Notes: a model not told the origin generated them from the letters alone. Shown: positions 19,809 to 31,606, counted from the first letter of the stretch. The stretch is 64,000 nt of DNA from an uncultured candidate division Zixibacteria bacterium (GCA_963664195.1 OY760907.1:3360001-3424000), one strand, 5' to 3'. Numbers and translations are program-made.

Positions 19809-22418
19809 ATGCGTAGTTATTTCTGTATCGTCAGGGGACGATTCGCTATTCTCCTGCTGGTCGTTCTGCTTGTTGCAATGAACGCTTTTTCCCACGATTG
19901 CTCTCGTTTGCCCGTTCCTGAATACGTTGACAACGGTTTTGTCCCTCAGGATGGCGACTACAAGCTGGCCGTCTATTGTGTCGTTCCGACCAACGTCACT
20001 TACGACCCGGAACTGCTTGATACGCTGATTGCCGCCACACTTGAAATCCAGGCCTGGTATCAGATCATTTCGGGTGGCGTCACGTTTGACCTGGAGTATC
20101 CGGAGGTCGTGCGCACCTATTACGGCGAGCAGACAAGAGAGTACTACCTGAACCACGGTGATTGGTGGGGCTCACTTCCTGCTGAAATGGATGCCAACGG
20201 ACACCCGATCTGGGAACCCGGATATATCGTATTGCTATTCGCTCACGGTTCAGGATGGTGGGCCGGAGCTGCCTCCAGTTGCGGCGGTGACTGTGGACTG
20301 GCCATAATCGGTACCGAGGCGTTCCCCTACTTCAATAATCCTGCCTACTCCGGGGGCGACTGTCCCGGCGGTACCGGAGTCGATGCCTGGCCGTGCACAC
20401 CGGTGGGAGCGATCGCCCACGAACTGGGACACACTTTCGGGCTGAACCATCCGGCCGACTTTCCGGCGACCGAGCCGGTTTCCAGGCACAGCGTTATGCA
20501 GGAACACTGGCACTACCCCAACTTCGCCCCACCCGCCAAAAGTCCGTGGGGCTTGCTCACTCCCGAAAGAGCATCCCTCTTCACCAACCCGTTTATGAAG
20601 GACAGCGTTGATCTGGTACAGGTTCACGAGAACGCAGACATCGTCAATCTTCCTCGCGACGAAAGCCTCATGCAGGTCGAGTGGGACGTATCTCTCCCCG
20701 ACGGCGACGGTTACCCGGACGATGGTTACAAAATACTGCTCGACGGCAACGGCTATTTTTATGTCGGTGGTCGCGTCTCAGGCGCTGGAAGCGATCTCTC
20801 GCTCGTGAAGCGCAGCACTGCAACCGGCGATACGGTCTGGACACGACAGTACAATCACTCGGGCAATGGAAACGAGGAATTCTGCGACATGGAGTTGGGC
20901 CCCGATGGCAGCATCTATGTGTCGGTGTGGATGTACATCTCCGGCGGGCCGGCAGACTACGTGACGATCAAGTACGATAGTGACGGCGTTTTGCAGTGGG
21001 CTGAAGAATATGACGGCCCGACCAGTGGCTGGGACTACCCGAAAGATCTTGCGGTCGGCGCCGACGGCTACGTCTACGTCACAGGCTGGAGCAACCAAAA
21101 CAGCTACGACTACCTGACCATCAAGTACACGTCCGACGGTGACACGGTCTGGACTGCCCGTTACAACAACAGCGGGGACAATCGTGACGAGCCCCGCGCT
21201 CTGGCCGTCGATGATGCCGGTAACGTGTACGTCACCGGCATGTGCTGGCGCAATGCGACTTACGACTGGATCACGGTCAAATACAACTCCTCGGGCGACA
21301 CACTGTGGACAGCGGTCAAGGACGGTCCCTCCCACAGTACGGACGAGCCGAGAGACATCGCAGTCGATGACGAGGGCAACGTGTATGTAGCCGGCAAGCT
21401 GCTCGTCCCCGGCGCGGCCGCATCCAACTTCGCCTTCACGACTATCAAGTACAATCCGTCTGGAGTCGAACAATGGGAGAACTTGTTTGAAGGTCCCTGG
21501 GGCACGGCTGAAGCCAAACAGGTTTTGATTGACCGCACCGGATGCCCGGTAACTACAGGCAACTGCTACACGGGCAGTTATTCCGAAGGCGGCACGGGGT
21601 ACGATTACTGCACAATCAAGTACGATCCCGCTACCGGCGACACGCTCTGGACAGCCCATTACAGCGGGCCGGGCAACGCACGCGATAGCGTAAAAGAGAT
21701 GACTATCGACGATGACAACAATATCTACATCACCGGCCGGAGCTTCGGAGCGAGTAGTTTTGGGGATGACTTCTGCACGGTGAAATACGCTCCGTACGGC
21801 GAGGAACAATGGGTCGTCCGTTCGGATTCCGCCCTCCACTATACCGAGGGTGCGTACTCAGTCGCGGTTGACGAGTCCGGCTATGTCTATGTCACCGGAT
21901 CGAGCGACTGGAATCAGTGGACTCTCAAGTACGGCCCCACGGCGGGAGCGCCCGTGTATCCGGATGCGCAGTTCAGTTGCACGATCGACGGCTTGGATAT
22001 CACATGCACCAACACATCGACTGACGCGACCCGCTACTACTGGACGTTTGATGATAGCACCATCAGTCATGAAACGAACCCGTCGCATACATACTTGCGA
22101 AGCGGCGACTTCACCGTGCGATTGCGCGCATCGGACGACGACGGCAACATGGATTTGTTTGCCGAACGGATCACCGCCAGCGGCACTTGTTGCACCGGAC
22201 CATCCGTGGGCAACGTCGACGGATCTGCTGACAATCTCGTTACCATGGGTGACCTGACAACTCTCATAGACCACCTCTTCATCTCTCTCATCCCATTGGT
22301 CTGTGTGGATGAGGGCAACTGCGATATGAGTCCCGACTTGCTGGTGACGATGGGCGACCTGACCGTGATGATAAGCTCGATGTTCATCACCCTTGATCCG
22401 CTGCCGCCCTGTCCGTGA
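19809..22418 (+). CDS. Secreted metzincin-type zinc peptidase with SBBP-like beta-propeller repeats, PKD domain and dockerin-like tail
   Basis: HELGHTFGLNH and SVM Met-turn; repeated AVD..GNVYVTG / TIKY...GD..W; PKD (F.N.S...YYW.F.D...NPSHTY..G.F.V.L); tail at 22188-22418; RBS before ATG 19809. Confidence 0.85.
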   Translation: MRSYFCIVRGRFAILLLVVLLVAMNAFSHDCSRLPVPEYVDNGFVPQDGDYKLAVYCVVPTNVTYDPELLDTLIAATLEIQAWYQIISGGVTFDLEYPEVVRTYYGEQTREYYLNHGDWWGSLPAEMDANGHPIWEPGYIVLLFAHGSGWWAGAASSCGGDCGLAIIGTEAFPYFNNPAYSGGDCPGGTGVDAWPCTPVGAIAHELGHTFGLNHPADFPATEPVSRHSVMQEHWHYPNFAPPAKSPWGLLTPERASLFTNPFMKDSVDLVQVHENADIVNLPRDESLMQVEWDVSLPDGDGYPDDGYKILLDGNGYFYVGGRVSGAGSDLSLVKRSTATGDTVWTRQYNHSGNGNEEFCDMELGPDGSIYVSVWMYISGGPADYVTIKYDSDGVLQWAEEYDGPTSGWDYPKDLAVGADGYVYVTGWSNQNSYDYLTIKYTSDGDTVWTARYNNSGDNRDEPRALAVDDAGNVYVTGMCWRNATYDWITVKYNSSGDTLWTAVKDGPSHSTDEPRDIAVDDEGNVYVAGKLLVPGAAASNFAFTTIKYNPSGVEQWENLFEGPWGTAEAKQVLIDRTGCPVTTGNCYTGSYSEGGTGYDYCTIKYDPATGDTLWTAHYSGPGNARDSVKEMTIDDDNNIYITGRSFGASSFGDDFCTVKYAPYGEEQWVVRSDSALHYTEGAYSVAVDESGYVYVTGSSDWNQWTLKYGPTAGAPVYPDAQFSCTIDGLDITCTNTSTDATRYYWTFDDSTISHETNPSHTYLRSGDFTVRLRASDDDGNMDLFAERITASGTCCTGPSVGNVDGSADNLVTMGDLTTLIDHLFISLIPLVCVDEGNCDMSPDLLVTMGDLTVMISSMFITLDPLPPCP

Positions 22419-22443
22419 GGCCGTGTCCACACCCGAACAAACG

Positions 22444-22480
22444 AAAGCGGCCACCGTCAATTAAGATAGTGGCCGTTTTT
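22444..22480. terminator. Bidirectional terminator
   Basis: aaagcggccac...gtggccgtttt between convergent genes. Confidence 0.75.
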
Positions 22481-22506
22481 GTGTTTTGCAGTTGTACCGA
22501 GGCGCG

Positions 22507-23535
22507 CTAGTAACTGCTGGCGTTCAGTTTCACTTTTCCGCGGAATATCCAGTATATGCTCACCGTGTACGCAATCACCAGTGGCATACCCAGGACAGCA
22601 ATAGTCAGCATGATCTCAAGCGTTCGTGTCGACGACGCCGCACTGTAAATCGTCAGACTGTTTGCAATCTCCGGTTTTGACAGTAGCAAGTTCGGATACA
22701 TGCCTACTCCGAACGTAGCCATAAGGGCAACCATCGACGCACACGATGACAGGAACGCGAGGAATTCCCGACCATGGTGAATCTCTCTCGGTATGTTGGC
22801 AATCGCCAGCATGTTGAGGATCGGTATGGCCCACAGAATCGGGTTGTTGTGAATGTTCTCTGACATGTGCGGAGCGTAAATCAGAGTCGCCATCGTAGCA
22901 ACCGCATAGCATATGATGAAGAAAATAATCGTACGATTGATCCAACCGCGGACTCTTGCTTGAAGTTCGCCCTCGGTCTTCATCACAGCATAGATCGCGC
23001 CGTGCATCATGAACAGGGCCAAAGTTGTCAGGCCCACAACCAACGTATACGGGTGCAGCAGACCCAAAAAACTCCCGGCAAACTCGTGGGTTGTGTCGAG
23101 AGGTATCCCCCAGGCGACATTGCCGAGGGCTACGCCTATCAGCAGCGCCGATAGAATTGAGCTGACACTGAAACTGATATCCCAGAATTGTCGCCACCAT
23201 TTCATCGGCAGTTTGCTTCGAAAATCGATGGCCACGGCACGGAAAATCAATCCGACTAGCAGAAGCATCATGGCCAGATAGAAGCCGGAGAAGGCCGTCG
23301 CATACGCCTCCGGGAAAGCAGCAAACAGAGCGCCGCCGCCGGTGACCAGCCAAACCTCATTACCATCCCAGACCGGGCCGATTGCGTTGATCATGATGCG
23401 CCGCTCCGTATCGCCTCTTGTGAAAAGATGGAGAGCGCCAACCCCAAGATCGAAACCGTCGAGGATGGCATACCCGGTCAACAAGATGCCGACCAGAAGG
23501 AACCAGATGGTGTTGAGATCGAATACAAAGTTCAT
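22507..23535 (-). CDS. cydB: Cytochrome bd ubiquinol oxidase subunit II
   Basis: [35 protein letters not shown]. Confidence 0.96.
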   Translation of the reverse strand: MNFVFDLNTIWFLLVGILLTGYAILDGFDLGVGALHLFTRGDTERRIMINAIGPVWDGNEVWLVTGGGALFAAFPEAYATAFSGFYLAMMLLLVGLIFRAVAIDFRSKLPMKWWRQFWDISFSVSSILSALLIGVALGNVAWGIPLDTTHEFAGSFLGLLHPYTLVVGLTTLALFMMHGAIYAVMKTEGELQARVRGWINRTIIFFIICYAVATMATLIYAPHMSENIHNNPILWAIPILNMLAIANIPREIHHGREFLAFLSSCASMVALMATFGVGMYPNLLLSKPEIANSLTIYSAASSTRTLEIMLTIAVLGMPLVIAYTVSIYWIFRGKVKLNASSY

Positions 23536-24875
23536 ACTGTCCCCCCTTCTACGACGGTATTCTCTTCAGGCCCGTGTGATATCTTTTCGTTCAAGAGATA
23601 AACGAACAACGCCCCCAACAATAAGTATATCAGAGAAAAGAGAATCAACGACACAATGACCTCCGACGAACCGACACAGACAGACAAAGCATCAGATGTA
23701 CGCAGCAAACCGTGGACAATCCACGGCTGACGTCCGACCTCCGCTGAAAGCCACCCCAACTGATTTGCCAACACCGGCAGCAACACGGACACAACGAGTA
23801 TTCTCAGCAACAGCCGATTTTCAAACAGGCTCCCTCGCCACCACAAGAATGCGGCCAGCGCAGAGAGAAGGATCAGAGCCATCCCGATCGCTACCATCAG
23901 GTGGTAACTCTGGAACACAATGTTGACGGGGGGTCTGTCCTCTTCCGTAAATGCCTCCAGGCCGGTTACCGGAGCTTCGGTATCGAAATACAGCATGTAG
24001 CTCAGCATGCCCGGGATCTTGATGCCTGACACCTCGCCGGTTTCGTCGTCAACCCACCCGACAAGGTACATCGCCGCCGGAGCCGATGCCGGATAGTGCC
24101 CCTCGAACGCTGCCAGCTTTGCCGGCTGCGTCTCGGCGACCGTATCCGCACTGCCATGTCCAGTTGACAACTGCAGCACCGAAGCAACCAGCGCCACTAT
24201 AACTGCAATCTTCATTGAGCGCTTCGCAAAAGCCTGATGTCTTTTCTTGAGCAGATAGAAGGCGCTCACGCTAAGCACGAAAAACGCTCCAGCCTGCCAG
24301 CATCCCATATACACATGGCTGATTCTATCCAGAAACGACGGATTGAACACGACCTGCCAGAAATCCACAATCTCCGCCCGTGCCGCCAATCCGGTGCCGA
24401 CGATGTGATGCCCGGTCGGCGTTTGCTGCCAGGAATTCGCCACCACAATCCAGATTGCAGAGAAATGCGCTCCGAAACAGACGAGAATCGTTGCAATAAA
24501 GTGCGTCCGCGGTTTCACTTTGTCCCAGCCAAACAGCAATATCGCGAGAAACCCCGACTCCAGGAAGAAAGCGAATATCCCCTCAGCAGCCAGTGCACTG
24601 CCGAACACATCGCCAACATATCGACTGTAGGTCGACCAATTGGTACCAAACTGGAATTCCATGACTATCCCGGTGGCAACCCCGAGAGCAAAGATCAGCC
24701 CGAAAACTTTCACCCAGAATCGGGTCATCTGGTGGTACAGGACATCCCCCGTCTTCAGGTAGGCACTTTCCATGATGACGAGAAAAAGACCCAACCCGAT
24801 ACTCAACGGCGGAAATAGATAATGAAATCCGACCGTTAGTCCGAATTGAAGACGTGAGAGAAATGCATAATCCAT
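23532..24875 (-). CDS. cydA: Cytochrome bd ubiquinol oxidase subunit I
   Basis: [56 protein letters not shown] before ATG 24875. Confidence 0.96.
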   Translation of the reverse strand: MDYAFLSRLQFGLTVGFHYLFPPLSIGLGLFLVIMESAYLKTGDVLYHQMTRFWVKVFGLIFALGVATGIVMEFQFGTNWSTYSRYVGDVFGSALAAEGIFAFFLESGFLAILLFGWDKVKPRTHFIATILVCFGAHFSAIWIVVANSWQQTPTGHHIVGTGLAARAEIVDFWQVVFNPSFLDRISHVYMGCWQAGAFFVLSVSAFYLLKKRHQAFAKRSMKIAVIVALVASVLQLSTGHGSADTVAETQPAKLAAFEGHYPASAPAAMYLVGWVDDETGEVSGIKIPGMLSYMLYFDTEAPVTGLEAFTEEDRPPVNIVFQSYHLMVAIGMALILLSALAAFLWWRGSLFENRLLLRILVVSVLLPVLANQLGWLSAEVGRQPWIVHGLLRTSDALSVCVGSSEVIVSLILFSLIYLLLGALFVYLLNEKISHGPEENTVVEGGTV

Positions 24876-25064
24876 CGCCAAGTTCTCCATTGAGTGACAC
24901 ACAATCTGCAGATAGGTGACATCCAAGTCGACCTGACTCAGCATGCTAAAACGATAGCAGTTCGTCAAGTGTTTTTGACAGCGGCGCAGAAGTCGCGACG
25001 CAATCGACGGTCGTGATGTGGTCGGAACTGACACAAATCGACATATCTCCAGTAACCTAAATCC

Positions 25065-25092
25065 TTGACAGGACAGGTAATAAGAATATATT
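25065..25092 (+). promoter_or_regulatory. sigma70-type promoter candidate
   Basis: TTGACA-N16-TATATT. Confidence 0.6.
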
Positions 25093-25328
25093 ATCTGAAT
25101 AACGGACGATTAGAGATTGCATGCCTCATTTCTCGGACAACCTAGACCCCCATTGTTTAGTATTGGCTCCCGTACTTCCTCCGTGGCATATTCAGTCCAA
25201 TCACCGTTGACTGACACCGGGTGTATCGACACATTGTCGTTTTCCACTGTAACTTACAAGCCTTCCGAGTGACACCTCAGGCTGGCACCAGAGACGAATC
25301 ATCACCAGAACAATGGAGTAGATGTAAG

Positions 25329-28280
25329 ATGAACATTTGTCAAAAAACGCGTCCACACGCAACAACCCGGGCCTGCACGGCCTTACTTCTCATGCTCACA
25401 GTCTGCCTCTGTAGCGCAGCCACCGCTTCGGCAGCCGACAAAGGGGCCAATAGCGCGGACTGGCTCAGTCCCCAGAGAGTCGAGTTGTCAAACAGCGCCC
25501 TTGCCGATCTGAAGGCCGATGTGCCGGGCGTCAAGGCGTACAGGACTGGCCAAAGGGTAAGTCGTCTCTACGGGACCACTTTCAGCCAGGGAGCAACAGC
25601 CGAACAATCGGCAGACCAGTTCCGCCTGGAACACGCTGACATATTCGGTGTCGCGCCGCAGGACCTGGTAGCGGGACAGCCCACCAAGCGCGGAGCGCTC
25701 ACACAACCGGTGATGTATGATCCGGAATCCGGCACTTATAAGTTCACTCTCGTCTATTACAGCCAGAAGATTGACGGAATTCCCGTCTTTGAATCCGAGC
25801 TGCGCCTTCTTGTCCGCAACGAAGCCGACTACCCGCTCGTTCTCGCCGCCTCGGCACTTCGCGATCTCGGTGACTTCGTGGTCGACCGCAGCAAAACCAG
25901 CGCACACTCCGTGGCAGCAGAACAGACGGCCGTTATGGTGGAGCCCAGCCTGACTTCCTTTTCCGAACAGGAGACAGTCATCTGGGCCGGACTTGACGAT
26001 CAACTGGTCAAGCCGCGCATGGCCGTCTCATTCATCGGCGAGTCCGATTTCCCCGAGAAATTCCTGTTTGTTGCGGATCCCGTCACCGGCGAAATACTGT
26101 ACAAACGCAACCTGCTGATTTTTGTCGATATTGAAGGTACCAATATGGGCATGGCATCGCAGGGTCCCGCCTCGGAGCAATGTGTTGAAGAGATTCCCGA
26201 GGCCCTCCCCTACGCCCGAGTCAACGTCGGCGAACAAGTAGCATACAGTGACGCCGAAGGCAACTTCGTTATCACCGATATCCTGGCTCCCGGTTCTGTG
26301 AACGTCGAGGCAAGACTCTGGGGCACCTGGTTCCGCGTTTACAACTACACCGGTACTGATCTGGTTACGACCATCCCGGTCACGCCTCCCGATGCCGCTG
26401 ATATTATGCACAATGCTGCCAATGACGACGAAAGCATTCGTGGCCAGGTTAACGTGTATATCGAAGCCAACGTCATTCGTGATATGGTCGTCAGGTGGAA
26501 CCCCTTGTATCCGAGCATGATGGACAACGAGTTTCCTATCTATGCCAGCCGGACCGACGGCTACTGCCCCGGCAATGCCTGGTATGACCCTTCCGAGGAA
26601 TCCATGAACTTCTGCCTCTCAGGAGACCAGTATCCGAACACAGCCTGGTCCTCGGTTATCCACCACGAGTACGGTCACCACCTTGTCAATATGGCCGGCT
26701 CCGGTCAAGACCAGTACGGTGAGGGACTGGGCGACTGCATGTCTGTCCTGCTATCGGACGTTCCAGAACTCGGCCTCGGATTCTACGGCCCGTGCGAGGA
26801 TCCCCTGCGCAACGCCGACAATGACTTCCAGTACCCCTGCACTGGATCAGGCCATACCTGCGGCCAGCTTCTGTCCGGTTCTATCTGGAGTACGCGCAAC
26901 GAGTTGGCACAGACGCATCCCGACGATTACCTGGATATCCTCCAGAATCTGACAGTAAACAGTATCCTCATGCACACCGGTTCAGTCATTACGCCTCAGA
27001 TTACAATTGACTTCCTGACGCTCGATGACGATGACGCCAACCTCGAAAACGGTACCCCCCACTACTGGGAAATCGCCGCGGGATTCGGCGCGCACAATAT
27101 GCCGGCACCGGAGCTCAGTCTGGCCGAGTTCGACTACGCGAACAGCGTTCCTACCCTTCTCTGGCCGGAAACTCCAGACACCTTCCAGGTGAGCATCACC
27201 GGACTGATAGGTGAAGAGCCGGTCTCTGGTTCAGGAATGCTCCATTACTCCGTTGACGGCGGCGCAACCGTATCGATTGCAATGGAAGAATCCGCCGCAA
27301 ATCAATACACGGCCATTCTGCCCGGGTTCCCTTGCTTCAGCAAGGTCGAATTCCAGGTCAGCACCGTGCTGGCAAGTGGCCCGACCATCTACAATCCGGC
27401 TCCTGGCAGCGAATTCAGTGCCCTTGTGGCCACGGACCAGAAGATAGCCTTTGAGGATGACTTTGAGTCCGACCAGAGTTGGACCGCCGAAGGTGCCTGG
27501 AGCCGAGGGACACCGACCGGAAACGGCGGGGAACACGGCAACCCGGACCCAACCTCAGGCCACGACTCACCAAATGTTTTCGGCTACAACCTGACCGGAG
27601 ACTATGACAATGGCATGTCGGAGACTAACCTGACTTCGCCGGCATTTGATTGCTCAGGTCTCGGTGGAGTGACGTTGAAATTCTGGCGCTGGCTCGGTGT
27701 CGAACAACCGTCTTATGACCACGCATACGTTCGAGTATCAAACGACGGCTCAACCTGGACCACGGTTTGGGAAAACGACGCCGAAGTCGCCGATGAAAAC
27801 TGGACCGAAGTCGAATACGATATCTCTGCCGTTGCCGACGGTCACTCCGCAGTCTACGTGCGGTTCACTATGGGGACGACCGACGGATCCTACAGGTATT
27901 GCGGCTGGAACATAGATGATCTTATCGTGTCCTCTTATGAGTGCGATGCCACGCCCGATTCCGACGCCGATGGCTATATGGACACAGAAGATAACTGCCC
28001 GTTGGTCAGCAACCCTGATCAGGCTGATACGGATGAAGACGGAATCGGCGACGCCTGCTGCTGTTCTGGTGCCGTTGGCAACACCGACTGTGACCCGAGC
28101 GGTGAGACGACAATGTCCGATCTGACGGTGTTGATAGACCACCTTTTTATCTCGCTAGACCCCATCTGTTGTCCGGGCGAGGCGGAGTTGGATGGAGAGG
28201 CAGACATCACAATGTCTGACCTGACCGTGTTGATCGACCACCTGTTCATCTCGCTTGCACCACTCAGCAACTGCCCGTAA
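25329..28280 (+). CDS. Secreted M36/M4-clan (fungalysin-like) metallopeptidase with Ig-like and jelly-roll modules, TSP3-like repeat and dockerin-like tail
   Basis: Propeptide Y.Q..DGIPVF and ADP.TGEIL; NAWY, HHEYGHH, GEGLGD, H..GQL..G..W; tail at 28056-28280. Confidence 0.8.
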   Translation: MNICQKTRPHATTRACTALLLMLTVCLCSAATASAADKGANSADWLSPQRVELSNSALADLKADVPGVKAYRTGQRVSRLYGTTFSQGATAEQSADQFRLEHADIFGVAPQDLVAGQPTKRGALTQPVMYDPESGTYKFTLVYYSQKIDGIPVFESELRLLVRNEADYPLVLAASALRDLGDFVVDRSKTSAHSVAAEQTAVMVEPSLTSFSEQETVIWAGLDDQLVKPRMAVSFIGESDFPEKFLFVADPVTGEILYKRNLLIFVDIEGTNMGMASQGPASEQCVEEIPEALPYARVNVGEQVAYSDAEGNFVITDILAPGSVNVEARLWGTWFRVYNYTGTDLVTTIPVTPPDAADIMHNAANDDESIRGQVNVYIEANVIRDMVVRWNPLYPSMMDNEFPIYASRTDGYCPGNAWYDPSEESMNFCLSGDQYPNTAWSSVIHHEYGHHLVNMAGSGQDQYGEGLGDCMSVLLSDVPELGLGFYGPCEDPLRNADNDFQYPCTGSGHTCGQLLSGSIWSTRNELAQTHPDDYLDILQNLTVNSILMHTGSVITPQITIDFLTLDDDDANLENGTPHYWEIAAGFGAHNMPAPELSLAEFDYANSVPTLLWPETPDTFQVSITGLIGEEPVSGSGMLHYSVDGGATVSIAMEESAANQYTAILPGFPCFSKVEFQVSTVLASGPTIYNPAPGSEFSALVATDQKIAFEDDFESDQSWTAEGAWSRGTPTGNGGEHGNPDPTSGHDSPNVFGYNLTGDYDNGMSETNLTSPAFDCSGLGGVTLKFWRWLGVEQPSYDHAYVRVSNDGSTWTTVWENDAEVADENWTEVEYDISAVADGHSAVYVRFTMGTTDGSYRYCGWNIDDLIVSSYECDATPDSDADGYMDTEDNCPLVSNPDQADTDEDGIGDACCCSGAVGNTDCDPSGETTMSDLTVLIDHLFISLDPICCPGEAELDGEADITMSDLTVLIDHLFISLAPLSNCP

Positions 28281-28301
28281 GCTATTCGCGTAGCACACTT
28301 T

Positions 28302-28346
28302 AGCGTACGATTCGAGGCTCCGCCCTTGGATCGTACGCTTTCTTTT
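28302..28346 (+). terminator. Rho-independent terminator
   Basis: agcgtacgattcgagg-ctccgc-ccttggatcgtacgct plus ttctttt. Confidence 0.8.
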
Positions 28347-28361
28347 ACTATTGTTAAACTC

Positions 28362-28389
28362 TTGACAAATCTCAATTTATGGATATCTT
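28362..28389 (+). promoter_or_regulatory. sigma70-type promoter candidate
   Basis: TTGACA-N16-TATCTT. Confidence 0.5.
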
Positions 28390-28585
28390 TATCTCGCATG
28401 GCTGAGAGAATGGGCGCCATGGGACACATCACGATTCTCTGAGTCTGGATAAATACCTCACACCCTCAGGCAGTTCGCGACAGCGGTTGCCTTTTATCGG
28501 ACAATACAGCGACGGTGGCTAATTCCACAGCTAATTCCGCGTGGAGAATGGGATCACACGCAAGGGAGAACCAAGAGGAGAGAAT

Positions 28586-31582
28586 ATGAGAACCGATTGC
28601 CAACGACTTTCTGGTAACAAACTGATGACTTGGGGTGCAACTTTGTTGGCCTTGATCTGCTTTGTTGCCGTATCAGGACTCGCGGCCGACCGTACTATCG
28701 AGACCGAGTACGAGTTTCAGTACCCGCAGATTTCCACTATTACAATAAACGGAGAGGTGTACGACCGGCTTACTCTCAACGGTGCGCCCAACAGTGGCCG
28801 CGTCGGCCAGCCCTCGCTGCCAACCGCTCCAGCCAATATCCTGCTGCCCTTCGGCACCGAAGTTGCATCGGTGGAGATCATTACCGGCGAGCAGATTTCT
28901 CTTGGTTTGGGCTTCTACGTTGAGCCTGTAGCCCCTCAGGGCAAGCTCTATAAAATGGGTGATCTTCAGCCGCAGGACATCCAGTATGCCACACCGAATG
29001 CTGCGATCTACAATGCCGACGCTCCGTTCCCCGGCACACGCCACGAGAAGATCGGCACATACGGATTCCGTGGCTACCAGATCCTGACTCTGAAGCTCCA
29101 GCCAGTGGAATTCGTCCCGTCCACCGGTGAAGTGTATTACTACAAGAGCATGAAAGTGATCGTCCACCTGGCCGACGCAGACAAGTCTGCAGACATGCTT
29201 CGCGGCCTTGCAGAGGATGAAAAAGAAGTCCTCACGCGCGTTGACAATCCTGATCAGGTACATTCGTATGCCTCAGCCGCAACCGGGGGTTCCAAAGCCT
29301 ACTCCATGCTGATTATCACCACTCCGGAGTTGGCAGCCTCCTTCCAGCCGCTGAAGGACTACCACGATGCCAACGGCGTCCCTACCGAAATTCACCTGAC
29401 TTCCGACATCGGGAGCACAGCACCGGACGATATCCGTGCACACATCCAGTGGGAGTACTTCAATCAGGGAATCGACTGGGTCATCATCGGCGCCGACGAT
29501 GACATCATCCCGGCCAAGGATCTCTGGGTCGAGATGTCACCGGGCGGCGAATATGAATCAGCCATGCCGGGCGATCTCTATTTCTCCTGCCTCGACGGTG
29601 TGTGGAACTTCGACGGTGACACGCGATGGGGTGAGCCAACTGACGGTACGGACGGTGGCGATGTTGACCTTGTTGCCGACGTGTTTGTTGGAAGAGCATC
29701 CGTGGGCAACGCCACAGAAGCCGACCGTTTCGTCACTAAGACCCTCCATTACATAGGTGCTAGTGGCCAGTACCTCACCAAAGCTCAGTTCGTGGGTGAG
29801 TACCTCGGGTTTGGTGAGATTGCCGATTATGGCGGCAACTATCTGGACGAATTGGAAGACGGGAGTTCTGAGCACGGTTACACCACCGTTGGTATTCCGT
29901 CCACGTCTTACAGCATAGCGAGACTCTACGAAAGGGATCAGTCCTGGAGCAAGAATGACCTTGCGGCTCTGATCAACGACGGCGTCCACATCTTGCAGCA
30001 CCTCGGTCACGGCAGCGAAGACCAGGCAATGCAAATGTACAATTCGGACATTATTAGCCTGCTTACCAACACCGACCTCTGCTTTGTGTACTCGCAGACC
30101 TGTCTGGCCGGTCACTTTGACGGTACGGACTGCTGGGCCGAAACGATGAACATCAAGACCGACTACGGCGCCTTCGCAGTTATTATGAATGCTCGGTATG
30201 GTTTCGGTGAGTTCAACAGCACGGACGGCGCCTCTCAGCGGTTCAATCGTGAGTTCTGGGACGCGATCTATTCAATGTCGGAGTTGAAACCGGAACTTGG
30301 CCGCGCAATGAGCGACTCCAAAGAAGACAACATCTGGCGAGTCAACGACGACTACATGCGCTGGGTCTACTACGAGCAGAACCTGTTCGGAGATCCGACC
30401 GTAACGTTGGCTACTCAGGGTGCAGTGGCACTCGAGTTCCCGGACGGCACTCCGTCGCAACTCGTCCCGACCGAACCGACTACATTCCGTGTCACCGCAA
30501 CCGGCGTGTACGGCGGCGTCGCTGTCGCTGGCTCTGGCCAGCTACATTACATGGTCGACGGCGGCCCTCTTGAGACGATCGACATGGTTGAAGTTGCCCC
30601 CAACGACTATGAGGCCACACTCCCGGCCATGTCCTGCGGCCACTACATCGAGTACTACGTCAGCGCCGAAGAAGTTGAAGGCGGACGCATGTACAACCCG
30701 AGCCCGAGTTCTCCCCTGAGAGCCTTCCCGGTAACGGATGTCACGACGGCCTTTGAAGACGATTTCGAAACCGATAAGGGCTGGACAGCGCAGGGCAACT
30801 GGCAGCGCGGTACACCGACAGGTGGCGGCGGCGACCATGGCAATCCGGACCCGACCTCAGGCCACAACTCACCAAACGTCTTCGGCTACAACCTGAGCGG
30901 TGACTACGAGAATAATATGAGTGAAGTACACCTGACATCGCCAGCCTTCGATTGCTCGGGCATGTTCGCCACTGAGCTGTCATTCTGGCGCTACCTGGGT
31001 GTCGAGCAGCCGGTGTACGATCACGCGTACATTCGGATCAGTACCAATGGAACCACTTGGACGACCGTCTGGGAAAACGGTGGAACCATAACCGACGAAG
31101 ACTGGGGCAAGGTCACGTACGACATCTCTTCACTGGTTGATAATCAGCCCACCGTGTACCTGAGATTCACCATGGGCGGCAGCGATGGCGCCTGGATATA
31201 CTGCGGCTGGAATATCGACGATCTCGAAATCGTCGGCTACGGCTGTGAGATGAACCCCGACGGCGACAACGACGGCCACCCCGACGCTGAAGACAACTGT
31301 CCGTACGTCAGCAATCCGGATCAAATCGACACGGATGAAGACGGAGTAGGTGACGCTTGTTGTTGCGTAGGGTCACGCGGCAACGCCGACTGTGATCCTT
31401 CCGGCGAAACGACTATGTCTGATCTGACGGTGCTCATCGACAATCTTTTCATATCGCTTGATCCGATTTGCTGTCCGAACGCAGCTGATCTCGACGGCGA
31501 TTTCGATATCACAATGTCCGACCTGACGATACTCATAGACAATCTCTTCATTTCATTGAGTCCTCTGTCCGACTGCCCGTAA
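28586..31582 (+). CDS. Secreted C25 (gingipain-like) cysteine peptidase with propeptide, Ig-like and jelly-roll modules, TSP3-like repeat and dockerin-like tail
   Basis: Propeptide G.PSLP....ILLP; IIT...L...F.PL, DLYFS.LDG, VFVGR, catalytic HLGHG and QTCLAG, LFGDP; tail at 31358-31582; GAGGAG RBS. Confidence 0.9.
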   Translation: MRTDCQRLSGNKLMTWGATLLALICFVAVSGLAADRTIETEYEFQYPQISTITINGEVYDRLTLNGAPNSGRVGQPSLPTAPANILLPFGTEVASVEIITGEQISLGLGFYVEPVAPQGKLYKMGDLQPQDIQYATPNAAIYNADAPFPGTRHEKIGTYGFRGYQILTLKLQPVEFVPSTGEVYYYKSMKVIVHLADADKSADMLRGLAEDEKEVLTRVDNPDQVHSYASAATGGSKAYSMLIITTPELAASFQPLKDYHDANGVPTEIHLTSDIGSTAPDDIRAHIQWEYFNQGIDWVIIGADDDIIPAKDLWVEMSPGGEYESAMPGDLYFSCLDGVWNFDGDTRWGEPTDGTDGGDVDLVADVFVGRASVGNATEADRFVTKTLHYIGASGQYLTKAQFVGEYLGFGEIADYGGNYLDELEDGSSEHGYTTVGIPSTSYSIARLYERDQSWSKNDLAALINDGVHILQHLGHGSEDQAMQMYNSDIISLLTNTDLCFVYSQTCLAGHFDGTDCWAETMNIKTDYGAFAVIMNARYGFGEFNSTDGASQRFNREFWDAIYSMSELKPELGRAMSDSKEDNIWRVNDDYMRWVYYEQNLFGDPTVTLATQGAVALEFPDGTPSQLVPTEPTTFRVTATGVYGGVAVAGSGQLHYMVDGGPLETIDMVEVAPNDYEATLPAMSCGHYIEYYVSAEEVEGGRMYNPSPSSPLRAFPVTDVTTAFEDDFETDKGWTAQGNWQRGTPTGGGGDHGNPDPTSGHNSPNVFGYNLSGDYENNMSEVHLTSPAFDCSGMFATELSFWRYLGVEQPVYDHAYIRISTNGTTWTTVWENGGTITDEDWGKVTYDISSLVDNQPTVYLRFTMGGSDGAWIYCGWNIDDLEIVGYGCEMNPDGDNDGHPDAEDNCPYVSNPDQIDTDEDGVGDACCCVGSRGNADCDPSGETTMSDLTVLIDNLFISLDPICCPNAADLDGDFDITMSDLTILIDNLFISLSPLSDCP

Positions 31583-31606
31583 ATCTTCACCAAATGCGTT
31601 AACTAC

